Positions 51,401-64,000 of a stretch of 64,000 bases of DNA are shown in pieces. The notes under the pieces are model-generated. The model saw only the letters and a list, made by a program, of their open reading frames with translations, was not told where the DNA came from and made no database searches. This DNA comes from Botryllus schlosseri (taxonomy: Eukaryota), in assembly GCA_051294905.1 (NCBI GenBank), contig CM119372.1, positions 25,608,001-25,672,000 on the forward strand, written 5' to 3'. Within the stretch, counting starts at the first letter, position 1. Each line of letters starts with the position of its first letter. The translations under genes and the position numbers were made by a program.

Positions 51401-52685
51401 TGGTATCATGGTACAATGAAATCTTTGAATTGAAATCAACGCCGGAGGCAAGAGCACGTTGAAACATCAAAACAAGGCACCGGATGACATCATCTTAAGT
51501 TATATAATTCAAATCTTTGCGTGCGTGGCAATCTCGCCATCACGTTGCGTGAATTCGACTCATTCGCCGCATGTGCATCCTGCTTATCTGTCTTGAGACT
51601 ATAAGATGTAGAGGTGACTTGGGTACGTTTTGCTAAAATCATGTGATGTTATGAGGTGAAATACATTATGAGTAAATGAATGCATGATTGTTATTGAGAC
51701 TGAATCTCTTTTGTTAAAGGTGAGGGTTCAAAAAGTGTAACGAATCATAACCTGGAAAATACTGGTATGAAGTTTAGCAATCATTCGGTATCATGAACCT
51801 TGGAGGTATTAGAGTTGCTTGAATATTTGAAAAATATTCCGCGCTCGCCTATTGTCAGCTAAAATTACATGGAATGCGTGTAGCCAATCAGATCTCTATT
51901 ATAATACACAAATTGTACGATGTACAACATGCACAAAGTTCCATTACACTGCTACACGAAGTCGCAATGTTGTAAGCGTGAGAAGGTGTTTCGTCGCACT
52001 GCTGCTCTTCGATTCGAGCCTATCGACGATACCCTGTAGTGATGCTCTGATATGACCCACTACTGTTACAAAAGTCAAACTATAGAAGTATAATATTATC
52101 AATGATATTTTAGGCGGACCTTGCAAATTCAATCGTCGATTTTTCCCGTCCCAATAATTATCACTACCGGATATATAATTGGCATTGATGAACCTTTCGA
52201 TGCCGAAGACCTGGTATGTCGATAGTAAGTGCTACTGGCTCCATATGCGGAGATGCGTATATATTCAATCGGAAGAATGCTCATCGGCGTCATCGCCCAT
52301 GAAGTATGCCGAAATATTTTCCGCCTCCAATAATGGTCTGTAGACACATGACAAGCGACACTTGAGCACGCGGCACCTGAGTATGGGGGTTAAAGTTAAA
52401 GTTATTGTCAGGTTACATTTAGATTTAGGGTTATAGTAAGGGTTACAAAGTCACATGCTAAAGTGTCGCATGTTCAAATGTCGACCAACAGTCAATAATA
52501 CATGAAAATTCCCACAGCCTGTAGTCCATGGACCAGACGAGTGTTCATTTATATTCAATTTTATTGGGGGGGGTCTCTCATCTTTGTACGTGCGTCTTAA
52601 ATTTATTGTAGTGTCGTAATAACATCTTGCTCTAACAATGTTAATGAAACCCTTGTGCGAGATAGCTGACATGAGAGGTGCGAGT

Positions 52686-53115
52686 AGGGTTGTATTTCAA
52701 ACAAACGGTGTTTTAAAACACTTTGTTTAAAACATGTTTTAAACTGTGTTTTAAAAAAAGGCCTTTCAATAAAAATTGTGTTTTTTCAAGTTGTAAAATT
52801 ATGCCATAACTGTGTGAATACTTTCCAAAAAACATACTGTATGAGCCTACGGACAATTACCACCCGATATAGCTGACGTATATCGATATGGGAGGGCTGG
52901 AACCCTAAAAATAGTCGGTTCAACAATAATAGTACTGATATTTCGTCAAAGGAGCTATATTCATCCTATATTTTCAATTGTCAATGTAATTCGACTATGA
53001 CGTCACAATTAAATATTCGTGACGTCATGTATTGAAAAGAACAAAAAAACAGTAAAAACATGTTTTAAATTGTTTTAAACATGTTTGTTTTAAATTGATT
53101 TTTGTTTTAAATGCA
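52686..53115. mobile_element. TAGGGTTG(C/T)ATTT-family MITE with AAAAC/GTTTT sub-terminal repeats
   Basis: Aligns in inverse with about 50255-50499, which ends TGCAACCCTA. Confidence 0.65.
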
Positions 53116-54593
53116 AGTGCAAGTGCGAGGGTCGCGATTTTTCTGAATCTAGATTCAATCCGATTCGATAAAATTTGCAATCCTGATTCAATTCGGTGTC
53201 TGCTCCTTTCCCTCAATTCCAGGTCCGGATCCGATACAATATCGATCATCCCAGTTTTGTAATTCTCAATAGGTTCAATTTGCAAAACCGATCGTCCCGA
53301 AGATCGTCCCGAAGAAACATCTTCTGGTCTGTATAAATATAAACTAGTACTATACGACTATACATACAATATACATGGCGATCCTTCATGATGCTGAATG
53401 GCGTGGTGTACAGTACTTGTTGATTGTTGAGCCTTCATCAGATGACTAAAGTATTTTCCGGGCGATTCATGTAAAGAACATATGTTTCTTCTTATTATCG
53501 GACATCTGTTAATCACATATTTCCTAGAATCTTGCTGATATGCAGGGGTCGATATAGCACTTTCGTTCTAACGTTATTGCTCTTTGGAAATGACTCAACA
53601 GCTTTCTTAGTCTAATGATCGAATGAAATCGCAATTTGAGAATCCTAAAAAGATCATTATCTATGGAACAGGCAGCAGGTTGTGGTAATACCAGAGCGTG
53701 CTGAAAATGCAGACACCAGACATCGCTTTACGGAGGTTAAGTACACAGTGTTGGGATGTCTTGCGTTAACTTTTTCGTGTGACTTGACTTGACTCGAGCA
53801 CTTTGCAAAAATGGCTTGATATGACTTGACTGGGCGTTTCAGAAATGTGGATTGATTCGTAGCTATAGGAGCATAATTCACGAGTCAATTTCAAGTCATC
53901 AAGTAATCGGTGTCGAGTAAATATCATGGAATATTCGGATTGTTCGCGATACGCTGGTCGTTGTTGTTGTTGTTGTTGTTTGTTTGTGCTATTCATGGTG
54001 TTTGTCGACTATACTATGGTCATTTACATCAGGCCAATATTCTTTTAATTTTATTCCGTAGCTGCCGACTTGCAGCAAGGCCCACTTCTAGGCATTTAAC
54101 TAAGACACTTACATGGATGAGATGACGAGGAGGAGCCTAGATAAACCTCAAACACTTATGTAGGAATTTTGGATTCGACTTCGGTACGCTGATGTGACGT
54201 ATGAGATCAACCAGTCATTCAATGATTGGTCGAATTACTGAGCCTCAATTGCTATATCACAAATAAATTGACCGCAAACGAAGTGATCAGAGCTTACAGC
54301 TTATGTTGTCGTAAACTAATAGTAACGCAATCTAATGCGATGTATCTTTGTTCTATACACTTCAAATGCTTAGAGCTCGCATTTACCAACCTTGATGTAT
54401 GACTTAAATCAAACGATGATCGTTTATACGTTTATACTACTCGTCAACAATTGGATCAGGCTTTAATTGTATCTCATGAATGTGTACGACTGTACAAGGG
54501 TAGAGTATTGCATCATATCATTTGGTTTCAACTTTCTGAATGTGCCTATTCCATCCTCTGTGTGACTGATAGTTATAGACTGAGGCTATACAG

Positions 54594-55993
54594 AAGGGGT
54601 GGCCAACCTTTTCGACCAAAGGGCCACATGAGATTTACGAACCACTGCGCGGGCCACTAGAATGTTTATGTCCTATTTAGTCGTCCAATAGGAGCGAAAC
54701 GGATTAGGTAACGGTAAAAATGGGACTTATATTTAGGGCTGGGCACAGTGATTCGAGAACTCGAGTCTGAATCGAGTATTAATTTTAATGATTCGAGCCG
54801 AGTAGTTAAATACGATTTTTTCGAGTACTGAAATTATACGCTTCTCGCCAATGAAAGCTGGTTCATCAACGACAGTTATAGGTTCGATACTAATTGTCAG
54901 TGTTGAAGCCTCGAAACCTTGATTGGTCGTATCATAGCATACGAAACATATGGTACGAAGATACGAACCTTACTGGAAATAGCACATTTTCGAAGTCATG
55001 ATCATCCCACAACAGTGTCACCAAGTGCGATGAAATCGCCATGGTAGAAAAAATATCAAAAGTATCTTTAATGCTATGGATAACAGGCATTATATTCTTT
55101 ATGGTCGCATAAAAGGTACATTATTATAATGAGTGATACTCGATTACTCGGCTCGACTCGAAGCATATTACGTGATTCAGAATCGAATCACTCAGGCACT
55201 CGGTTTTGCCCAGCCCTACTTATATTACTACGCATCAAAATCGATAACAATTATGTCATGAAAAGTCTGCGAACATGTCCTAGCCGCGCAAAGTACGAAG
55301 TTTTTTCAAAGTTAATGAATGAATTCGGTCAATAATATTGTTAATTGCATATATATGTGGGTCGCCTCTATATACCGCTGGGCTCATTTGGCCAGAAAAT
55401 GATTAATTGGCGCTTGCAGGTATCAATATTGAATATTTAAGTGGATATGCGTCTATCGTTTTGTGCAAAGGTTTCATCGCTGACGATCTTTCTGCGAGTG
55501 CAGACGCGAAGTCGCATGTCGGACGATACGTTCTTTCATAATTGTGAATATAGTTAGACTGAATTCCGTAAATTGGGCCGGGGCCGGGGCCTACGATAAT
55601 AACTTAAGTTATCGTAAGCCCCGATTGGGCGTATTTTTAATTTTTAATTTTCTGGAGGAGGCATCAAAACTAGAAGCAAGAAATCGAGTGACAATAAATC
55701 GCGCGAAGTGCTAAGAAAAATATCGAGTCAAATTATTCTGCCACGAAATATTCTATACTTTATGGTCACATACGAAGATATACGTTGGAAATGATAATTT
55801 AGTCATCAACATCCCAAAGTTCGCGGTCAGGCTACTCAAATTTTCGGTTGGTCTTGCAAGTTCACAAGGAATTACCTGGGCAATTTATTTTTTGATATTG
55901 TAACTAATTTTGAGTTATCTGGCGGGCCACTCAAAAGTCAAAACCTTCTCACGTGCCATATTTGGCCCGCGGGCTGCGGGTTGGCCGCCCCTG
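54594..55993. mobile_element. hAT MITE, (C)AGGGGTGGCCAACC termini
   Basis: Right end GGTTGGCCGCCCCTG. TSD CTATACAG / TTATACAG (7/8). Confidence 0.82.
54734..55218. mobile_element. TAGGGCTGGGCA-family MITE, intact
   Basis: 12-bp perfect TIR, perfect TSD CTTATATT (54726-54733 / 55219-55226). Confidence 0.93.
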
Positions 55994-56307
55994 TTATACA
56001 GTTATACCTACGTGGTTCAGGAGTTATACGTATACGTGGGCCTACGTTCATATATATGTAACTCTATATTCCTCGGTTCAGACGAGATGGCGACTCAATC
56101 TGTGTCTGAAACAGCCATCAAAATGTAATGACTTTGAATCATGCAACGCACTTCGAAAATGCAACTTGACTTGAATTGAGACTTGTCTCGTGACTTGACT
56201 TGACTCGAGTCATCTTGGAAAACCAACCGACTTGATTTATCTCGAGTCAAATTTTACAATGACTTGCGACTCGAAGGTAGTATCTTGCTCCCAACACTTG
56301 GTGTACG

Positions 56308-56501
56308 TACGGCTGTTTAAAAATAACTTCTTTTTTTCTGAATTCCAGCTATTCGGGGGTTAAATCGTCGGGATACCCTAAAAAACGCTGCACACCAAAT
56401 TTGGTTCAATTCTAACAAGTATAAGGCTCCGCAGAAACAATTAAAATTTTTAATTTATTAGGAAAAATTAAAAAAAATAATCAAATTTTTGAACAGCCCT
56501 A
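56308..56501. mobile_element. Short MITE with TAGGGCTGTTCAAAAA-like termini
   Basis: TACGGCTGTTTAAAAA / TTTTTGAACAGCCCTA, with TGTAC on both flanks. Confidence 0.55.
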
Positions 56502-56678
56502 CTGTACAGTGGTCCTGTTTGCTTCCACGTAGCTCACGGCGAGACCAACGTGTGGACTTGACTGACCTGTGTCCTACTGTCCAAACGCCTTTCCATCGCT
56601 CATATCAATTCTCCTCAATCACTATTAATGTCATAATATCACTGATGTTAGGACTGTATTAGGCATGTAACTGTAGAA

Positions 56679-57989
56679 CAGACCTGGGCAAAGTGCGGCC
56701 CGCGGGCCAAATGCGGCCCGCGACGCTATTCTGTGCGGCCCGCGAAAAGTTGATTGGAATTTAAAACATAAAACTTGTATTTTGAATGACTAAAACGATA
56801 GGCTGTATACCATGAACTGGAAATTCGTTTACTTTGAAGACTGTTCATTAATATACCACGATCACGCTACCTACGTACCTGGCATGCGTAATCCAGATTC
56901 GTAATGAAGGCAATGTGGCAAAGTATTAGTAACTATTGAAGTCACAAAAAATCACTCTTTCCATATAGTTTAGTTCAATTTGTAACGCGATATGTTTCCA
57001 AATCCCTAATTCGTAAAGCACGTCAATCAGTGCTCGCGATTACTATATGACTCATCATATCTATCACTCATAAAGGATTACCTGGCATGCCAAAATAAAA
57101 ATAAAACCGAAAACTGAAATTCCAAGAAAGTTTAGGTTTAGAATTTAGAGCACTAAATATTCGCATACTGGAGTCAGGGGTAAACCTATCCTTTCAGTTT
57201 CTGCCGATCATGTCGCTGAGATAAAGGATTTTAATTAAAGTCGGTCTTATGACAATGCACGAAACACTCGGTCAAGGGTGGGCGAAGTTCAGAAAAACGG
57301 CAAACTTCGCTCAACATCAAGGCTATTTAACCTGCTCACTGCTCGGAAAGCAGCGACCAAGAAAATAAGCTTTGTACTATTGCATATACATTTCAGTGCA
57401 GTGGTTCTCGAACTGGGAGACGTGAAAGCATCAGAAGGGGCGCGCGAAGCCGAAGTTAATTTAAAAAAATTTCGCGCTCCGCGCGATATACCATCAGCTT
57501 ATAGTTGTTGTTCTGTGTATTGTCCGATTTTGATATTTCACAATTCTCTCATCAACAGCCATGACCTTTCATGCCATCAAACTATCCGTTGGGATTGCTC
57601 GCATTCTGGTTGCACTTTTTAATATTTTGTGATATCATGATGAGTGGGCGCGAAATCGTTCACTATCATAAAGGGAAGCGTGCCTAAAAAAGTTTGAGAA
57701 CCACTGTTTTAGAGTCTTTAAATAAACGTGGAAAGGGGTTTAAAGGGAGCTAAATGTATCATCTTTAACATTGTTTCGAATCATGACAGCTAATAGATTT
57801 TTTTTGAATTAACCGTCACTTTCTCATTACCTAATATCAACACATTCACTGAGCAGCATTTATTAACAATGTCATTTAGAAATAAAATTAAAATACGCTG
57901 GAGAATATAGCTAAATTTTTTCACTCGGCCAGCCAAAGTACATATTTTTTCTCATTTGGCCCGCGGAGGAAAATAATTGCCCACCCCTG
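56679..57989. mobile_element. Charlie/Buster-type hAT MITE with GCGGCCCGCG repeats
   Basis: CAGACCTGGGCAA / TTGCCCACCCCTG. TSD CTGTAGAA / CTATAGAA (7/8). Confidence 0.85.
57399..57706. mobile_element. hAT MITE, CAGTGGTTCTC family, nested in 56679-57989
   Basis: TIR CAGTGGTTCTC / GAGAACCACTG. TSD TTTCAGTG / TTTTAGAG. Inverse copy of 7971-8265. Confidence 0.85.
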
Positions 57990-59224
57990 CTATAGAAGGT
58001 GCGGTAGGTTAGGTAGTAGATAGGTATTATCGGAATGGTGGTGCTTAGCCTCTTGGCCTTTAAACTCAGGACAACAGCTGACAATAATCTTCCCTGTATG
58101 TCAATGGCTTATTCTTCTGTAACATTTCCCTACCACTTAATGGCATGAATTCGATGACTGGACAATGTGGTTATGTACATAGTATGCTGCGCATCCGTAA
58201 GTATTGAAGGTGCGGTCTGACCCGCTTGAAATTATATTTTCGCCATTACTTACAATAACGGGCCGTGGCCCGCGCCCACTATGGATTGACTTGGAAATTA
58301 GAAGAACTTCGTCAAAGACCACGTAGAAATGCGTAAGAGGTTATCTTTTTTGAAATCCTGCTCCACAACATTCGATCGGCAATACACACTGGTGCATCCA
58401 TATATTCATTAGTCACTATAACGCCGATATAACGCCTGACGGGCACGTTTGCGGCGCAGACGACAGCGGAAACAGATTGCTCTCGATTTATACGTCGACG
58501 TCTTGCGTCCCATTGTCCGAGGTTAATGCCGTACTGACGTTGCGTTGTCTCTTATTTTGAGCTCCTTCAAGCGCAAGGATTTGAGGTTTTGCCTGGAGTG
58601 GTCATTTATTGAAGAATTTAGAACTCAGAATCGCGACTTCATGATATACAACCATATTGCCATTGTACGTTGATGTATTTACTCTGGATTACTCCTGGAT
58701 GCCGGTAGAATTGATGACCAATTGACCTTGCCAAGTTGTTGTTTTGCTATTCATGGTGTTTTGACGTCGGGGGTCAGACATCAGACTGGAACCGAGATCA
58801 GCTTTGTAATTTCTAAACTGCTGACTTATATCATGGCCTACTTTTGGTTTAGGCTTTTGTAGGACACCACTTACGCAGATCGGAAGGCAATGAGCAGCCT
58901 GGCAAACCTACGACGATTCCATTCGGAATCGATCCTGCAACCTATTGATGGGGCAACCCAGGCACTCCGATTACCAACTTTTATCACCAACAATATATAT
59001 ATTTCGATATATCGGTTCATTTACTCCCAGATGCCCGCTTCAGAAAATAGCGTGTAGTCTTGGTATCGATTATTGTCTACATACATCATTAAACCACATC
59101 ATATCTCTACAAGTGTATTTTGATATTGTCATGTCACCCAAAATGCGGGCGTTCATTTATATAAATGGTAAGTTACACCGGGCGCAGACGTATGTGGCTG
59201 AGTCCCGAACTGCAGACTTTTATC

Positions 59225-61681
59225 CAGGGCATGGTATGGTATATAACAGGGGTCACCAACTCAAACCGGGTCGCGGGCTTCATTTCAAATTTCGTAGCGG
59301 CCGCGGGCCGATTGAATTCAGTATCGACATAAAGTAGGCCGAGGCCCAAGTTATAAAACTTGATGTCAGTACAAAGCTGTGCTATCTAACATAGGCAATG
59401 GGCAATGGGCATAGTTGTTACGTTCTTGATCTTGTTTGAACAATAACTCATACGACGAGGTTGCAATATCAAATCAGTATATTATACAGCAGAATATCTT
59501 AAGACAGGTGACACGATCCAGAGTACAGTTAAACGAAAGACGAGTAGACAACAGAACACAGGGTATAAATACAAAGCACGACACACGAGGAAATAATGAT
59601 TGGCGGTAATTACTAATCCTAGACCAGGGGTTCTCAGCCCTTTCTTCGCCGTGGCCCATTTTCCGGTTTGAAAATGTGCTGTGGCCCACCTGATATCTTA
59701 TAGTCATAATTCTGTTTAATGCATGGTCATGGACAGCGCCGATATGCCCATTTCTCTAAAATATGCCCATTTTTCTCTAACTGATGATATTTAAATCTCG
59801 ATCCCCGGGATATGAAATCGCGCGAAGCGCGAAAAAAATTTCAAGTTGAATAAATATCCTCCAACAAACGACCAACGACATAATCTTGGGCGCCTTCGAG
59901 TTCCCCAATTGGGGGTGTGGGTGCGGTAGTTACGGCCCTGGTAGATCATAAGCTAAAACTCCCAAGTAGATTATTTTCGTCCGCTGCTCCATTCGCGTCG
60001 CGAAACACAATGATCAGATCCCCACACTGTGTGATTGGGACTTTAGTGATACTATTATGGGGAATATTATAGTCATTCTGGGCCAGAATCGAACAATTCA
60101 TTGGTGGATTGTGTACTACAGAGAAGTGAAGAAAGATTTTTCAATATGCATGATGTAGCCTACTTTGTAATGCTTGTATGTCTTGTACCAAAACAACTGA
60201 AGTTGCGATGTCAGAATATTCAATCCAATGATACAATCCATTCCCGTGACTTTTTCATTATGTACAATGGTTTCCAGGCCGGACATTTTAAACCGACTTC
60301 AAAGATTAATGCGCTCCGATGAATCCTCAATCCATTAAGATTTGTTGGCGTGGTGCAGTATACATTCGCCAGAAGTTGCTAATAATTTGCAATTATGAAA
60401 ATTTTTAGCTTACAATAATACGGCCTGCTGAAGTACAGTAAATCTTTACATCAATTTCACTTCATTGCGAGTTCATTGCATACCCCTTTCAACGGCATAC
60501 GGCATATGACACTGCCGGAATACTTGGTTACTTCAGCATTAGCTTCCAGTTATTATACGCTTGAAATTATTTTAGTTGCTGTTAGCCGTAGGTTGTCATA
60601 GCCAGTAGAAAAAGCCACCGTTTCTCCATAATGTTTTCGATTTGTACATGCTGACTTCATACGTGCCACTACGACTAATCAGGGTCGGATGAAAAGCTTT
60701 GTAGCTATGTAGGCCACGTATAATTAGATAATACGAATATATTTTTAGCGAATAACATAAGAAATATAACTAAACTTACATTAATTCTGAAATTTTCTAA
60801 ATAGCTCTGTGGCCCACCTCAAAATGCTCTGTGGCCCACCAGTGGGCCATGGCCTACCCTTTGAGAACCCCTGTCTTAGACAAATAAGAGACAAACGATA
60901 CCAACGTAAAATGCAGGAACATAACAATAGTTACCACAGAAGCACTAATATTTTATCAAAGGAATGCAAATCCAAGAAAAAAATCATCATCATCAATTTA
61001 ATTTAATTCTGAACTCTGAGCTGTGCACGATATCTGGCAACGCTTTTCAGCGATATTGGGGCTAGCGAGAGACGTAACTAGCTGAAAGGCCATGTACAAA
61101 TAAAGCTTGATTCTATGGCGAAGCCCTAAGCCGTTTTCTACGCGTCTATCGGTCTTGTCAGTATTGCGCCATTGCACGTCAAAGCAATATGCCCATGCCC
61201 AATGCCCATGCCCAATGCCCATTCAATCGTTCCGTACCAACTTACAAATTTCCATACCAACTTACAAATATCCATACCATAGGCCATACCAATATAATTC
61301 TATACCATATTTGATACTTTTCCCATACTTTCGCAGCTGCCCAACCTCTCAGATAATATTCTATTTTTGATGTGTGGAAATTGTCTGGCGTTTGTATTCA
61401 TCAATCATCATCAGACTGGAATGATTTTTATTAAATATTATCTTCCTTCATATGCCCGTTGCAGAACTATTTTGTCTTCAAGTAGATGTCGATCCGAGTG
61501 GGTGAGTCCGAGTCGCAATTTGAGATATGCGGTATGCAATCAAGATGACAAATCGAAAATAGGATGTTTGTTATGGTTCTGGCAAGACTACCAAAGTATG
61601 GAAGTATGGAAAAAATTCCCATACCATCTACTCGGAAATTTCGTTCCATACCATATCATACTTCCCCTATAACATGCCCTG
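59225..61681. mobile_element. hAT-like element with CAGGGCATG termini and CCATAC arrays, hosting nested insertions
   Basis: TIR CAGGGCATG / CATGCCCTG, perfect TSD CTTTTATC (59217-59224 / 61682-61689). Confidence 0.82.
59625..60873. mobile_element. hAT MITE, CAGGGGTTCTCA termini, GTGGCCCAC repeats
   Basis: 12-bp perfect TIR. TSD TCCTAGAC / TCTTAGAC (7/8). Confidence 0.9.
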
Positions 61682-64000
61682 CTTTTATCCCCCTGCATGC
61701 ACCCCTGCGCGCACCGTGGTTTTGTAAGACGCTATCTATATGCAGCTGTATTATGTAGGATGCAGCGCACCATAGCCACTATGTGTTCATCATGTACAGG
61801 TACACTCGATCGTTTTGCGATTGTAATCGGTAAGTGGTTTCAAAATATCCAGCGCTTACGTCTGATAAGCACTGCGGTATGGTATAATTGGCACTGCCTT
61901 CGGATTACGTTGCGTAAATGACGTCGGCTACGGCGTGGGCCCAGTTTGACTATTAACGATCGTAAAAATAGAGCATTCCTTTTATATTACTTTGACGTCA
62001 TAACGTCACTTGCTGTGTCATGAACACTTAGTACGTAAGGCAACGTCGACATTGCGTGGAACTTTCTTTTCTGCAATTGACATGAAGTACAACTGGTTAC
62101 GGGTGAATGGAGAACCTGCCGAATGGCGTTTACTTGGACTTGAATTTATTTGGAAAAACAATTGAATTTCACACCGCCATGTAATTAATGAACTGTTGCT
62201 TCGAACGATCGAAAAATTTGTTTATTATATCTGTATAGCGAGTCGGATTTTGTGTGTCGATTCACAACAACAAATGAAACTGCTCACGGAGATAATCTAC
62301 GTACTTCGTTATAAATGATATGCTTCAAATATGAGTATATAGTTCAGATGTATCTGACCTTTACGGTACTAAGTCGCGGAATAAACATTACTGAACTGAA
62401 TGAAGCTTTGTACTTGAATCGTGTCTGCGTAAACATTTGAACAGTGAATCATGCACTTTCGGGAAGGAGATTGTAATCTAGCCGCGACGTAATCCGGTTG
62501 TTTTGCGTTTCGGGCGTGTAAGCGTGGTCTTAGCGTGCTATCTCATCGCTGGGAAGTTGGTCTGTTTATGATATGACTGAACGTCTAGTTCGGCTGTGCG
62601 TAAAATTATTGCCGCTTGCTCGCTTCAATTTAGTCTCGTGATTCATAATAAAATTGAAAGTGGTCGCCAAATGTCATTGCTCATGAACCAATGGTGCCGC
62701 ACCCATTACACTCCTCCTATGAACTCGATACGTATTAACGGCGCACTGCGTTCTTAATATGATTTGGCCACAAACTAAAGGTGAGAGGTAATAATTTTAG
62801 GCTGCAGTCACTTTCCTTAGAAAGCTGCCGTATTCGAAGTTTCGAACTGCAGCTAAAATATTTTCAGGAAATGTATCAATCCGCTCCATCTGTGTCTGTG
62901 GTATCGAACTAACGCGTAATCGCGTCATTGCTACATTTCGGGCATGTATTTCTTCGCTGTTGCATTTTCGCGACGAGACCTTCGCCTTAGTCCCATTTCC
63001 TTAGGAAATACACTAAAATTATGTAACGCGTCACTCACTCTTCTATACACACGATGTAACAGCGCATACTCTCATTGCAACTTAAACAAAACGTACATAA
63101 AGTATTGAATAATAATCATACTGGGCGAGGTTCGGATTACGGATCGTATGGGCACTATTCCAGCAACACCTTTATTCGCACTTAATAGAATTGGCAAAAT
63201 ACGACGATTGGCCCACTGATTACATTTATAAACCGGTAAAACTGGCTTTAAAGACGATATAGTTGGCATATTTCTTGCTTCATTAGCTTTAGTGGTGATG
63301 CGGCGTTGATCATGGGAGATCATGAGAGATTATATCTAAACACGGACGTTAGAATTTAGTTCGTTAATTATGGAATCACACTTCAAGGTTTAACTTACGT
63401 ACAACGGTTTTGCATTCACGTTAACTAACTAAACATTTCCCCAGAAAGCTCTGAACGTGTACGTTTTTGCCTTCTCGGAATCTGGTGTCAATGTCGTCGA
63501 CTTTGTTTGTAATGGCGAATAAGGTTAATAACACTGGTCAACACATATTTTTAGGCAGACAAAGTAAGAGCGGTTTTGGGGGTTCTGAGGGGGACTGATT
63601 CCGAATATGACCTTAGTTTTTTCAAATTGGCTCTTGTTGTGGAGATAACCCGTGGGACTGTTTTGACCAAAATCTCCCATTTTCACGGTAATGACTAGAT
63701 ATAAAATCGGCTTAGTGGAACTATAAAGTTTAGAAATTCAATCTACTTGTTATTTTTACACACAGAAGACTATATTAAATCAAAATACAGCGACATCACT
63801 ATATTTTGGGGTATTAGATTTATCATAGTTACAGACTTTCACGGATATCATGTACATAAATAAACTCCGGTCATGTATAGAAGTATTTACATAGATACTC
63901 AAATAATGTGGCATTAATTCAATCAGTGTTACGTCAACCACCTATTGTAAATTTGAAATAATCAGTTGGAATCAATGTTCCCTCTAAGCTGCGCACGTGC

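Larger units (their letters stand above)
53746..56299. mobile_element. CAGTGTTGGGA-terminus element with GACTTGACTCGAG arrays, hosting two nested MITEs
   Basis: Termini CAGTGTTGGGA / TCCCAACACTT with arrays at both ends. TSD weak. Confidence 0.6.

Noticed and set aside
55597..55612. ATAACTT-AAGTTAT resembling loxP arm ends
   Set aside because: Lacks the 13-bp arms and 8-bp spacer, and no recombinase is nearby.

Overview
AT-rich, intron-containing eukaryotic (animal) genomic DNA. The 60-66 nt introns, MetaSINE-like element, CR1/L2, I-type, R4/Dong and Penelope retroelements and dense hAT MITEs fit a marine invertebrate; an ascidian is plausible but cannot be proven here. Two host genes are supported. 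(1) An 11-exon + strand gene (12732-17502, 587 aa), invisible as a single ORF, encodes a secreted protein: signal peptide, RLRR furin-type site, two tandem 6-Cys repeats, a strongly cationic VWA domain with a broken MIDAS, and a Ser/Thr/Pro tail. (2) An intronless - strand coiled-coil ORF (24775-25446, 223 aa). Most of the rest is transposon-derived, with many elements delimited by terminal inverted repeats (TIRs) and 8-bp target-site duplications (TSDs). These include a multi-level nest at 26645-33301, two R4/Dong copies inserted in the (TAA)n tail of another LINE, two hAT insertions into the TAGGG terminus of other elements, and a SINE sharing a 3' motif with a local LINE. No rRNA, intact tRNA, CRISPR or prokaryotic system is seen. 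All family assignments come from motif recognition by eye, not database searches.
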